A DNA stretch of 64,000 bases from Octopus sinensis (GCF_006345805.1 NC_043022.1:19778001-19842000); one strand, 5' to 3'. Shown: positions 39,167-52,046, numbered from the stretch's first letter. Translations and numbers: made by a program. The notes: a model not told the origin generated them from the sequence alone.

Positions 39167-39231
<65 letters not shown>

Positions 39232-39257
39232 CTATCTATCTGTCTGTCATCTATCTA

Positions 39258-39334
<77 letters not shown>

Positions 39335-39512
39335 ACAAAACAAACAGATGTATTAGTATAACGCTCATGAATAGAAAAAGTCTTTTACGTTCCATATAAT
39401 ACTTCCTCGTCGGAAGTGGAATGTTTTTGGCTGAGAAGTCGAATTGGTCTTCATTCATTATCGGTTGTATTTACTCTATTTCCTACAAGAGTATACAAGC
39501 ACATACCCTATT

Positions 39513-39749
39513 TATATATTTCTTTACTACCCACAAGGGGCTAAACACAGAGGGGACAAACAAGGACAGACAAAGGGATTAAGTCGATTACAACGACCCC
39601 AGTACGTAACTGGTACTTAATTTATCGACCCCGAAAGGATGAAAGGCAAATTCGACCTAGGCGGAATTTGAATTCGGAACATAACGACAAACGAAATACG
39701 GCTACGCATTTCGCCCGGCGTGCTAACGCTTCTGTCAGCTCGCCGCCTT
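39513..39749 (-). mobile_element. SINE family C (Meta-like domain), full length, with 13-bp TSD
   Basis: TSD CACATACCCTATT at 39500-39512 and 39750-39762. Core 'gcctttcatcctttcggggtcgataaattaagtacc'. Confidence 0.9.
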
Positions 39750-40283
39750 CACATACCCTATTCATATATTAGGATAACATTAAACTATCTTCTATTCATG
39801 AAGAAGGTCACGTATGCACGAAATATTTGTTTCTTCCTTTGTTGTATATTTTGCGCTTACTTTTTATTCTACACAGCAATAATTTCCCTTATACAGTATC
39901 TAATGGCTACTGGAGATCAGCCATTTGGCCATTCTTCTCGATATCCCCTTCTTCTCATAATAATCAGACAGTAAGATTATGTGGCTATGTTTTCTACTCC
40001 AACGCACTCGACAACGTCTTCCGACGTCACAAGTGCTGCTTGTATGTGTAAAGCATCGGCAAGTGGTTTACAAATAAAAGAATGGATGATTAATGTCTAT
40101 GAATTAAATTTTATGTCACCTCAGCGATTTGGTATTTCCTTCATACGTATTCAGAATTAATGTTCTTGTCGTATACTTATTTCATTTTCTATTCTAGTAT
40201 TTTTATAAATCTATCCAAGATTGTTTTTATAAAAACAAATGTCTAATCTTAACCACGTTGTCCTTTAAAACTGTTTTACTCTC

Positions 40284-40383
40284 NNNNNNNNNNNNNNNNN
40301 NNNNNNNNNNNNNNNNNNNNNNNNNNNNNNNNNNNNNNNNNNNNNNNNNNNNNNNNNNNNNNNNNNNNNNNNNNNNNNNNNNN
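40284..40383. other. Assembly gap (100 N)
   Basis: Run of N. Confidence 1.
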
Positions 40384-40654
40384 TAAAAAGAGACAAACAT
40401 TAAAAATTCAACGCCGAATCAGCAACGTCAAAAAGGCGGCAGCAAAAGAACTGCGCCAAGACGTCTCATATCCTGGTGCTGGTTGTTGCTGTTGTTGTTT
40501 GACTCCATTTCAGGCCTGCATAAAGCAGTATTATGCTGGAGGATATTCCAGATGTGACCATCCCATTGTTTCCATATGTGTAGAAGAACATTTGGCTGTT
40601 ATTTTTTAGATCACAAATGACCACATACGTTGTCCCTCGCTGGTGTGAGATGCA

Positions 40655-41060
40655 GGTGGTGGTGGAGTTGGTGGTGGAGTTGGTGGTGGTGTCGGTGGTT
40701 GTTGTTCTTGTTGTGTTGGTGGTGGTGGTGGTGGTGGTGGTGGTGGTGGTGGTGGTTATGGTTGTCGTGTAATAGTGGTGATGGTGGTGATGGTAGTGAT
40801 GCTGATGGTACTGGTGGCAACGTTGTTGGTAGTGGCGTTAGAGTGGTGGCAAAGGTGATGATGGTAGTGTAATGGCGGTAGTGGTGGTGGTGGTGTTGGT
40901 GGTGGTGGTTGTAGCGTTGCTGTAGGTAGTGGTGGTGGTGGTGGTGGTGGTGGTGGTGGTGGCGGTAGTTGTGGTGGAAGTAGTGGTGGTGGCGATAGTG
41001 GTGATAAAAGTGGCGATGGTGTTGGTGGTGGTCTTCGTCGTGGTTGTCGTGGTTGTCGTT
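40655..41060. repeat. Degenerate (GGT)n microsatellite
   Basis: Directly visible. Confidence 0.9.
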
Positions 41061-41301
41061 AGCGAGAGACGAAATATTTATTGGATTCCTCTAAATTCCA
41101 GTAAAATCTGATTTTGTCATTTATTTAATCATTGTATTTTTCTTTTAGTTTCATTTCGTTTTCATCTGCGTTTTTTTTTCGGAGGGTTTAAAATTCGTTG
41201 CACTAGGTCATGTATTATGGAGAAGATACACACACACACATACATACACTCACGCACCTACACACACACCTACACACACGTGCACACGCATATACAGGAG
41301 C

Positions 41302-41354
<53 letters not shown>

Positions 41355-41435
41355 TATGTATATATATATATATATATACACTCACACATACATATACATA
41401 TATATTACACACACTTTTGTTCTGTATGGCTGTAA

Positions 41436-41469
<34 letters not shown>

Positions 41470-41507
41470 GCGTGTTTATGTATGTATATGCGTGTGTGAG
41501 TTTAAAT

Positions 41508-41549
<42 letters not shown>

Positions 41550-42327
41550 TATATGTATGTATGTATATATATATACATAACACACACTTATATATATATA
41601 CATATATATATATGTATATATATATATATATGCATAGGCATATGTATGAATGTATACATATGTGTAAATGCATATATTACACATCGCACTTAGGTCATAC
41701 GTACATATAAAAAGTGTATAATGCCCGATGAGATGTATGTATATATATGAATATATGTATGTACGTATGTATGTATATATGTATGTCTATGTGTGTATGA
41801 ACGTATGTATGTATATATGTATGTCTGTATGTGTTTATGAATGTATATATATATATGTACGTATGTACGTATGTATGTATGTACATGTGTGAGCTACCGT
41901 GTTATATTTTCCTCTGCTCCACCATAAGTGGATATTAATGCTTATTTATGCAATAACAACTTAGAAACTGCTCAATTTCAAACGAATTCACTCTTAGCAA
42001 ACTCCATTACATATTTTTAATGTCCTATTCACAAATCCCATTTGTGCATCTCCTAATGTTCAAAGCTTAAGCAGACCAGACAGTAAGCATAACATATACA
42101 ATCCATTATTAACCCCTCAATGTATCATTAAATGCCGTTATGCGGTTGTTCGGTTTGCTAGAGATAGTAGAGACATGACTGTACAGATCTACGATCGTTT
42201 CGCCTAATGCTAGGTAACGAGTTCAATTGCACTGCATATGGTTTTAAGCGCTTCTTTTTACCTTATACTCGAGTTAACAAAAACTGTGTCAATGTAGATG
42301 AAAATGTACAGATATATAATATATATA

Positions 42328-42382
<55 letters not shown>

Positions 42383-42404
42383 GTGTGTGTGTGTGTGGGA
42401 GAGT

Positions 42405-42590
42405 TTACGAAAAAAAAAAGACGAAGACAGGTGATGTACAAAACAAACAGATGTATTAGTGTAACGCTCGGGAAGTGAAAAAGTCTTTAACGTTTCGAGC
42501 CTACGCTCTTCCACGAAAGGAACACAGAAACAAAGAGAGAAAATAAAGAGAGAAAATAAAAAAATGTGTAGTGGCTAGCGATCTATCATG
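42405..42590 (-). mobile_element. H1b pLTR with hammerhead remnant at 42485-42519
   Basis: CTTT-C-GTGGA-A-GAGC gtag GCTC-GAAAC-GTT-AAAG. Homologous to 23721-23925. Confidence 0.65.
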
Positions 42591-42597
42591 CAATATG

Positions 42598-42675
<78 letters not shown>

Positions 42676-43239
42676 TACTTGGAAATGGCTGCGTGGCGTT
42701 CAATCAAAGAAGGTTTGAAAATGCCAATTTAAAGATGTTTATTCACTTGACCGCTTTCACTTTTGTCAACAGTAAAATGTAAAGCTTTGTTGTGTTAAGT
42801 ACTGGTTATCACAAAAGTATTGAAAAACAGAAATACATTCTTTGGTAATAATAAGAAATTGTTGAAAACAGTTTACAAGAAAGTATTTAAGTAATCAGGA
42901 CGCGACTCCAAAAAGTAGAGTTCAATAAAAGTCATGTTTGTTTGGTAGTATATATATATATATATATATATACATATACAGGAGATATATTTAAGCATTT
43001 ACAAAAAATTGCAGAGGAATAACTGACCTTTCTGACATTTTCTCTTGTGTGTAGCTAAGGAATATTTGCTATCTTAAGGGACAGTGTGGGAGGTTGGTCG
43101 GGGTGGGGGCACACAACACCCAGACAAATACTATTCACACACATACACACACACCACCAGGACAATTACAACAACACGTACATACTCAGACAGACACACA
43201 TACACACAACAATTATATGTATATAATTATATATTATTT

Positions 43240-43583
43240 ATTGGTAAAAACGGTAAGATAACAAAAGAAAGAAAGAGACCTCAATATTATGTAAATAGAG
43301 GAATTTATCTGTAAAATAATAAGTGACAATTATTCAAAAGCCAAGATAAAACTCTGAGTTTCGGATGCCGAGGTGGAAATCCACAACACCATCTCTTCGG
43401 TTATCTGGCCATCTGAAAAACGCTATGAAAAAAGACCGTTATATTATTCGGTAGCCATGATAAAACTCTGAGTTTTTCAGATGGCCAGATAACCGAAGAA
43501 ATGGTGTTGTGGATTTCCACATCGGCATCCGAAACTCAGAGTTTTATCTTGGCTACCGAATAATTGTCACATATTATTTTACA
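43240..43583. mobile_element. H2 pLTR in inverted arrangement with two hammerheads (43340-43409 minus, 43484-43553 plus)
   Basis: Arms 43310-43420 and 43473-43583. Motif AGATAA-CCGAAGA...GAAAC-TCAGA-GTT-TTATCT. A partial third copy lies at 43444-43472. Confidence 0.8.
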
Positions 43584-43594
43584 TATAAACACGG

Positions 43595-43975
43595 GAGTAG
43601 GTTCGGCTATTTGATCAGAAATTTTGTTCTCATCGACATGGTTTCGGCTTCTGTTGGAGACACTTGCCCAAAGTGTCTTTTACTATAGGATCGGGCCGAT
43701 CAAAGCGTTATGAGTGGATTTTGTAGACGGAAACTGAAAGAAGCTTATCATATGTATATGTGTGTATCTGTCTGTCTGTTTGTCCCATACCATCGCTTAA
43801 CACTCGGCCTTGATCTGTTTACGTTCCTGTTACTCAGCGTTTCGGCAAAAATGATTGAAAGAATAAGTTTGAAATACAAAATACAAAATAAATACTGTGT
43901 CGATTTGTTCTATTAAACTTCTTCAAGGCAGTGACCCAGCATGACCGCATTCTAATGACTGAAAGAAACAGAAGA
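43595..43975 (+). mobile_element. Old diverged SINE family A
   Basis: Colinear with 23330-23720 but heavily mutated. Confidence 0.7.
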
Positions 43976-44118
43976 TAGACGATATATATTATGTACATAC
44001 ATACATACACACACATATATACACATACATATATTATATTGATGCATTAAATATATATATTTATACACACACACACACACACACTTCATACATGTGCAAG
44101 CATGTGTATATGTATGTA

Positions 44119-44157
<39 letters not shown>

Positions 44158-44230
44158 ATGCACTATATATGTTGTGTGATATAATATATATAGTTATATG
44201 TCTATATGTATGTGTATATGTATGTATATA

Positions 44231-44280
<50 letters not shown>

Positions 44281-44596
44281 GTGTGTGTGTGTATGTATGT
44301 GTATCTATCTATCTATCTATCTATCTATCTTCTCTATCTATCTATCTATATATATATATAATATATATATATATATTATATATATATATATATTATAATT
44401 AATCTCCCTCTGATTATGCTTCGGATTTTACCGAAATAAGCATAGTGTTTGATGTTTTTAACCACGCTGGTGGAAAGGGGAGAACAGAGATTCTTCGCTT
44501 GCTTATTTGAATTTGTTGGCACTGTTAGTTACGAGCAGATCTTCAAAAGGGTATGTTCTTATTTTCAGTGTTTCCAAATCCAAACCAAGGAATTTC

Positions 44597-44649
44597 TGAG
44601 CTGATGATAGAAGTGTTGTTTTTGACTAATCTTGAAACGTACGTTCTCA
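44597..44649 (+). ncRNA. Type I hammerhead ribozyme (family H4)
   Basis: TGAG-CTGATGA-t-AGA...TCT-t-GAAAC-GTAC-GTT-CTCA. Stem I is TGAG/CTCA and stem III is the palindrome AACGTACGTT. Confidence 0.7.
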
Positions 44650-44830
44650 AATAACCTTAGCATTTGATTTTTCGATGTCCTTACCCCCAAACTTTTGTGA
44701 GTTGAATTAAGCAAACATATATATGAGAGAGATTTTCTTTAAGTATTAGAATAGCTTTAAAAAAGTTTTTTGGCTGCTATTTCTAATGAGTTCAGTATGC
44801 GGCAAAGTAATTTATTTTACTAAGCCCTTT

Positions 44831-44882
<52 letters not shown>

Positions 44883-45258
44883 AAAGTCACAATATATAAG
44901 TAATCCGGTAGTACTCATAAAAAAAGCTTTATGTATTTATATATAATTATTGCTATGAGAATTAAGCAGTGTTTTAGCTAGTGTAATGTAGGTTAATTTC
45001 TTACTAGAATATAAGTAATCCCTGTCTTAAAGATGTTCATATCTCCTCTGAGATCAGTCACTCGGTGTTGACAGTTTTATGCCGATCTAGTTTGGGGAAA
45101 TATATGAACACTGCCTAGCACTGTTATTGGTGATTTCTTTCTATGCAAGTGTATCTGCCTATATTTTACGGCACTGAGCTACGTCGTTTTCGTTTATTTT
45201 TAATCATGCCCACGCTACCTGTTGCTGTTATTGTTGTTGTTGTTGTTATTCAGAAAAT

Positions 45259-45455
45259 CGGTGAGCTGGCAGAAGTGTTAGCGCGCCGGATGAAATGTTT
45301 AGCGGTATTTCACTCGTCGCTACGTTCTAAGTTCAGATTCCGCCGAAGTCGACTTTGCCATTTATCCTTTCGGGGTCGATATTGTTAAGTACCAGTGATG
45401 TAATTGACTAGTCCCCACCTACCAAATTTCAGGCTTTGTGCCTTCAGTAGAAAGG

Positions 45456-45456
<1 letters not shown>
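45259..45456 (+). mobile_element. SINE family C with (ATT)n tail
   Basis: Head 'gtgagctggcagaagtgttagcgcgccgg' plus the Meta-like core. A shorter copy lies at 46501-46640. Confidence 0.8.
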
Positions 45457-45520
<64 letters not shown>

Positions 45521-45522
45521 TA

Positions 45523-45558
<36 letters not shown>

Positions 45559-45568
45559 CATTATTATT

Positions 45569-45840
45569 GAGTGAGAGAGCAGTGCATGCCATCAAAGTGA
45601 CACTGGGATAAAATATACGAAGCCCAGTATACTCATCATGACTACCCGTTTGATAAGGGTACACCAGGCACATGCATCACAACCATATGTGCGCGACATG
45701 GTGATCTCATATCAAAATAAACAGCGCATGACCTTGCAGGTGGGGCCCAGTTAGAATTTTGTTCTGATCGAGTAACCCATCCCGCTCAAAAGGTCCCTGA
45801 ATAAGGGTTGTTTAAGGATGTTGAACGAAACACCCATGTA
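45569..45840 (-). mobile_element. 5'-truncated retroposon 3' end with (AAT)n tail
   Basis: A GC-richer island that ends, on the minus strand, directly in the (AAT)n tract 45457-45568. Family not identified. Confidence 0.4.
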
Positions 45841-46641
45841 GGCTTCATATGAATCTCTCTTCTCCTCCCCTCACCCTTTCTCTTTCTCTCTCTCTCTGTA
45901 CCTCTCTCTCTCTCTCTCTCTCTTCCTCTCTCTCTCTGTATCACACATGATTTTATCATCCCCCTTTCCACAACCTGACAGATCGTCTACACCACAGAAA
46001 CGTATCGTAAGCACTTTAATCTAAAAGATTTATTATTTTGCTGTATCTCGGGAGGGTCGTTAGAGTAATGATAAACACTCGCACTGACTCTATTTCACCA
46101 TTATTATTATTATTCGTCAACTGACGAATCATTTAACCGATTAACTTATCGATTGTTTGATTAAGCGATTGACCCAACAATTTATCAAATAATCATGAGT
46201 TAATTGGTTAAATAATTAACCAAGTAATTAATAATAATAAAAGAAACGAAATGAAACTCGTGCGTTCTATATATTCAACATAATGATCCACCCAACCACC
46301 CACGACATAGAAGAAAAATTTTTTCAACGCACGACTTCGCATCAAGAATCCTGCGAATGAAATAAAAACACGATTTATTATTACTGCTAAAGTGTTAAGG
46401 ATATCTCTACAAATTTTCCATAGAGATTACACCGCTATATGTAGTGGTTGTTTAAGTAAAGAGTTCGTGGGTGATTAATATGTTACATGGGCGCTGATGA
46501 AGGAGAGCTGGTAGAATCGTTAGCACGCCGGACTAAATGCTTAGCAGTATTTCGTCCGTCTCAGTTCAAATTCCGCCAAGGTGGCATTTGACTTCCATCC
46601 TTTCGGATCCTCCGAAATGCTGGGGTGCCAAAATGTGAAAC

Positions 46642-46672
<31 letters not shown>

Positions 46673-46732
46673 TTATTATTATTATTATTATTATTATTAT
46701 CGTTATTATTATTATTATTATTATTATTATCA

Positions 46733-46790
<58 letters not shown>

Positions 46791-47065
46791 ACTTGCCGCC
46801 GCTATTGTTATTACTTTTGTTTTAAAATACAAAAGTCTGGAGTTATATATTATATCACGAATTATGTTTGGATTAGTTATTCTTGCTGTAGTAGTAGTAG
46901 TAGTAGTAGTATAGTAGTAGTAGTAGTAGTAACGTCACCATTACAATCCTTTTTTGCCACCGATCACGATTTAGAGTTCGACCTATTGTCAAATATGAAA
47001 AACAAATCTAAACAGACTGTACGAAAAATTACATATATATATATATGTTTATATATATGTGTATA

Positions 47066-47114
<49 letters not shown>

Positions 47115-47234
47115 TACACACACACACACACATACATACATGTACATATATATTTGTGTAATATGTAAATAATGTAAATATTGCACATAATTACTCATCT
47201 CTTAAATATAGAATATATATATATATAAATGTGA

Positions 47235-47440
47235 CCGCGTGTGTATGGTTGGCGATTGTTTTCCTCCGTCTTCCTTTCCTTGGATCTTTCCTTTTCTTAT
47301 GTTTCTGACGAAGAGCTCCGCTCGAAACGTTAAATCCCCGTTCTTTCTTTCTTTTCCTGAGCGTCCAATAACACTGTACTTGTTCCACGTCCTCGTGCTG
47401 TTGTGTTTTCTCTTTGCGGTTTCATGTTTGGACTAACTAT
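47235..47440 (+). mobile_element. H1 pLTR with canonical minimal hammerhead at 47301-47335
   Basis: GTTT-CTGACGA-A-GAGC tcc GCTC-GAAAC-GTT-AAAT; the repeat ends in (TA)n. Confidence 0.75.
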
Positions 47441-47657
47441 ATATATATATGTGTGTGTGTGTGTATGTGTGTGTGTGTGTGTGTGTGTGAGTGTATGTGT
47501 GTGTGTGTATTTAGGGAAACCACTAGGTGGACAACCATACGCTAGAAGATCACATACGATCTAACTACAAAGAAAAAGTGTTCTCCAGAGAAAATTCAGT
47601 GAACACCAGAACATAAGCGGGCAAGACAGATGAAAATTATTTAAAAATCAAGAATTA

Positions 47658-47732
47658 ATCGTATACCAGTTTCGTCTGTTACCGAATAAATTACTTACGT
47701 AATCCTTCGTCCGCAGAACTCGTCAGCACGAT
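47658..47732 (-). ncRNA. Type I hammerhead ribozyme with extended stem II
   Basis: ATCGTG-CTGACGA-...-GAAAC-TG-GTA-TACGAT. Confidence 0.75.
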
Positions 47733-48067
47733 CGTTACAATTTCAATATAATTTGAAAAACAAAATAATGAGGGAGATAAATTGAATATTAATTTAATTA
47801 ATATCAATTTAAAACCAGTAGCCTAGCGTATAAAAAAATCTGAAATCTAATTTTTTAAATTTTATTTAAATTTTAAAATAACTATGTTCTCTAACAGGCA
47901 AAATTAACTACAGTAAATTATCTGCTGCAGAACTGTTTCCGGAATTTAGCGCGCCAGAACTTAGACATTTGAAAATAACCCCTATATTATCGGTAGAACT
48001 AAGCACGTGTCTAGTTTTATATGGACAAATAGTGTTTAGTTTTTCAAATTATATTGAAATTGGAACG

Positions 48068-48142
48068 ATCGTACTGACGAGTTCTTCGGACGAAGGATTA
48101 CGTGAGTAATTTATTCGGTAATAGACGAAACTGGTATACGAT
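48068..48142 (+). ncRNA. Type I hammerhead ribozyme with extended stem II
   Basis: ATCGTA-CTGACGA-GTT...GAC-GAAAC-TG-GTA-TACGAT, with a perfect 6-bp stem I and a GUA site. Confidence 0.8.
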
Positions 48143-48470
48143 TAATTCTTGATTTTTAAATAATTTTCATCTGTCTTGCCCGCTTATGTTCTGGTGTTCG
48201 CTGAATTTTCTCTGGAGAACATTTTTTTCTTTGTAGTCAGATCGTATGTGATCTTCTTCTAGCGTATGGTTGTCCACCTAGTGGTTTCCCTAAATATACA
48301 CATGTATTGAAACTTTTTCTCTGTTTTCAGATTTTTATACGCAAGGCTACTGGTTTTAAATTGATATTAATTAAATTAATATTCAATTTATCTCCCTCAT
48401 ATTTATATATATTATATTATATATATATATATATATAATATATATATATAATATATATATATATATATAA

Positions 48471-48676
48471 AGGGGTAAAGACCCCCTTCGGTCATGAATG
48501 ACCATGGGATTGCACCTAGAAAGTTACCCTCCTAGACACAAGTCCGGGCAAGGTTGTTTATGGAAGACCAGCAGTCGCCCATGCATACCAGCTTCCCCTC
48601 TCCACCCACCAGTGTGTTATCCAAGGGAAGACAAAGTCGATACAGCTGGCACCAGTGACGTCGCAACTCATTTCTA
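48471..48676 (-). mobile_element. 3' half of a SINE of the 15322 type
   Basis: Reverse complement matches about 15457-15660. Confidence 0.8.
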
Positions 48677-48683
48677 TATGTAT

Positions 48684-48833
48684 TATATTATGAAGTGTAA
48701 GGTAGTCGTTGGTTCATTAATAGTTTCTATATTATGAATCTCTTGTTTTAATGAAGCATGTAATAAACAATTTAACATAGCGGCATTGACTATCAGAAAG
48801 AGGCTCGTGGGCTTGTTAGCTGCTTTCCTCTCT

Positions 48834-48890
<57 letters not shown>

Positions 48891-49050
48891 CGGGATAGAG
48901 AGAGGAAAGCAGCTACAAGCCCACGAGCCTCTTTCTGATAGTCAATGCCGCTATGTTAAATTGTTTATTACATGCTTCATTAAAACAAGATTATTCATAA
49001 TATAGAAAACTATTAATTGAACCAACGACTACCTTACACTTCATAATATA
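48684..49050. repeat. ~150-bp inverted repeat centred on (TA)n
   Basis: 48684-48835 versus 48897-49050, differing mostly by 1-nt indels. Confidence 0.85.
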
Positions 49051-49141
49051 TACATATACACATGTACGTGTGTGTGTGAGCGCATCTGAGTGTAACTGTA
49101 TGTGTATGTATACTATATATATATATATATGTATATATGCA

Positions 49142-49288
49142 CATGGCTCAGTGGTTAGAGCGTCGAGCTTACGATCGTGAGGTTGTGAGCTCGAATCCCG
49201 GACTGGGCTGCGTGTTGTGTTCTTGAGCAAGGCACTTTATTTCACGTTGCTCCAGTTCACTCAGCTGTAGAAATGAGTTGCGACGTCA
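49142..49288 (+). mobile_element. 5' half of a SINE of the 15322 type
   Basis: catggctcagtggttagagcgtcgagcttacgatcg... matches 15331-15478. Confidence 0.85.
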
Positions 49289-49345
49289 TTATGTAAATAA
49301 TGTAAATAATGAATATATATATATTTATATATATATATATATATG

Positions 49346-49785
49346 CTGTTTGTGTTGTTGTTGGCATCCTTTTTTGTCTTGGGAGACAATGGAGATGCGC
49401 ATAAAATAATCTAGTCCGGCTTTTACATTTCCTGTCCTAATACATCCCCTGCTGTGGCTATGTAGTCCTATCCTGGACAAACACTCCCTCTAGCAGGTGC
49501 CGCAAATGCAGCGAAGAATTTGCCTGGCTAGTTGCAATGTCATAGTTTCTTGTTGACGTCTTTTCTGGTCTTTCCATTTATCCTCTCTCTCTCTTCTACG
49601 GTACGTCGCCAATCTCCACGGTTGCTGGCAACTGCTTCCCAGTTGCTAATATTGATGTTGCAGGCCTTCATGTCCCTTTTGCAAACATCCTTGTATCGTA
49701 AGAGTGGTCTTCCCACAGACCTAGTGCCCCTAGCAAGCTCTCCGTAGAGTATGTCTCTGGGGACCCCGCCATCTTCCACCGGCAA
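49346..49785 (-). mobile_element. RTE (BovB-type) LINE 3' end, 5'-truncated
   Basis: EDGGVPRDILYGELARGTRSVGRPLLRYKDVCKRDMKACNINISNWEAVASNRGDWR is a typical RTE C-terminus, followed by a (CAA)n-like tail. Confidence 0.9.
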
Positions 49786-49876
49786 AATGATCCGAAACCG
49801 GTACTGAAGTGTTCTTTATAAAATTATTTTAGCATTTTCTATTTTGATGTTTTTACACACACACATATATATCTTA

Positions 49877-50014
<138 letters not shown>

Positions 50015-50304
50015 TCCATACATATATCTGTTTATGTATATGTCTATATATGTACGTGTGTAAATCCTCTGTTTAATGTGTGTGTGTGTGTGTGTATATA
50101 CATATATATATGTATAGTAAAATAAATATATATAATGTTGTCAGCGCTTACTTTAGTTAAAACACAGTGAAGTGTTGTATATAAATTTTCCCCGCCCACC
50201 AGACGCATTTTCCTCGTTTCCACTCATTTTTGTTTATTTATTTATTTAGTTATTTCTTTCTTCTTATTTTTGTTGAACATCATATCCCCAATATAGTGAA
50301 AATT

Positions 50305-50480
50305 AAAAAAAAGAAAAAGATGAAGACTGGTGTGTAAACAACAAACAGATGTATTAGTTTAACGCTCGGGAAGTGAGAAAGTCTTTTACGTTTCGTGCCA
50401 ACGCTCTTCGACAGAAAGGAACAAAGAAATAAACAGGGAGAGAAAATAGAAAAGGTTTAGTGGCTAGCGGTCTACCATGG
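50305..50480 (-). mobile_element. H1b pLTR with CUGUCGA hammerhead variant at 50383-50418
   Basis: CTTT-CTGTCGA-A-GAGC gttg GCAC-GAAAC-GTA-AAAG. Confidence 0.65.
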
Positions 50481-50811
50481 CGAATAGGAATGAGAGGCGG
50501 GGATTGTTATACAACAAAGGCAGTGCATATCCATAGACATGCGTGTCTGCACAGGCATGCATGCGCATGTTTGCCAGTATGTGGGTGTAGGTGTGAGTCG
50601 CCTGTATTCACGCGTGTGTTCATGCGTGCTTGTTTTTCTTCTGGTGTGATGTGATGATGGTGGTGGTGGTGGTGGTGGTGAGCATAATGATCACGATGGT
50701 GTAGGAGAGTTAATGAGATGTTGAAAAAGGATGAAAGGAACATGAAAGTGATAAAAATTAACAAGAATTGAAACTGGGGAGTCACGAGATGTGACAGACA
50801 CGCAAGATGGT

Positions 50812-50822
50812 TAGATAGATAA

Positions 50823-50903
<81 letters not shown>

Positions 50904-50994
50904 AAGGGAAGACAAACAGTTTGATAGACGGACGGACGGACAGACAAACAGACAGATAGATAGACAGACAAACGAAAAGACAGACAGACAGATG

Positions 50995-51077
<83 letters not shown>
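50812..51077. repeat. (GATA)n/(GACA)n microsatellite
   Basis: Directly visible. Confidence 0.95.
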
Positions 51078-51078
<1 letters not shown>

Positions 51079-51558
51079 CTAACTTTTCTACCATAAGACA
51101 TATTTCTAAATTTCGTGCTCACGTCTTATTTAAATATTGTTATCGTTATCTCGTAATTAATTCATACGGATGACACCTTTCACTTGCTTGAAATTGTCTG
51201 TAATTACTGTAACAGAAAAAGCGAAAATAGAATTGACAGAGAAAGGTTATACACACAAACACCAAACGCACATACACAGACGCATACGCACACACAGAAG
51301 TACAAACACATCCATATACAAGGAGATATACTCTCCTACACAACTCTGATTATTCATGAATAATTAAACCTGAGCGTCTCCGTGTGTGTTTGTGCGTGTT
51401 TATGTATGCGTGTTTGTGTGAGCGTGTGTGCGTCTATGTGTATATGCGTGTATGTGCGTACGTGTGCGAGCGCTGAAGTATTGAGAAGCTATATAGTTTG
51501 TCGACAAATGAGGAAGAGAGAATCTGCAATCCAAATTTTATTTAAACTGAATATCTTT

Positions 51559-51625
51559 ATGACTCGAATTCCACTCTAACAGCGATCATCGCCTGATGAT
51601 CGCTGAGTAGTGAAACTCGAGTCAT
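51559..51625 (+). ncRNA. Hammerhead core inside an imperfect 67-bp palindrome
   Basis: CTGATGA (51593)-tcGCTgagtAGT-GAAAC-TCGA-GTC, preceded by its own diverged reverse complement. Confidence 0.55.
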
Positions 51626-51728
51626 CACGGAGAAAATATTCAGCTTATTTATGAAATATTCATGCATATGTATGTATGAACGTGTGAATCTATGTATGTA
51701 TGTATGTTTGTATGTATGTATGTATTTA

Positions 51729-52046
51729 GGCGCGTGGCTTAGTGATTTTGTTATATGTCTCACGAGCGTAAAGTCACGAGTTCGATTCCCGGCAGCAGAT
51801 TGTGTCCTTGAGGAATACACCTTATTTCACGTTGCTCCAGTCCGCACACCTAGCAAAAATGTGTTGTACTTGTATTTCAAAGAGCAAGCTTTGTCGCATT
51901 TGGTGTCGTGCTAAATCTCCTTGAGAAGTACGATAAGGGTGTGCAGGTCTGTGGAGTACTCAGCCATTTGCACGTTAATTTCGCGTGCAAGCTATTCCGT
52001 TGATTGGGTCATTTGGAATCCTCGTCGTTGTAACCAACAAAGTGCA
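51729..52046 (+). mobile_element. SINE family B
   Basis: GGCGCGTGGCTTAGTG...GAGTTCGATTCCC head and family B body. Confidence 0.85.

Larger units (their letters stand above)
47508..48400. mobile_element. PLE-type inverted pLTR pair (family H5)
   Basis: Arms 47508-47760 and 48040-48296, plus a second pair 47768-47845 and 48324-48400. Each long arm carries a hammerhead. Confidence 0.8.
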
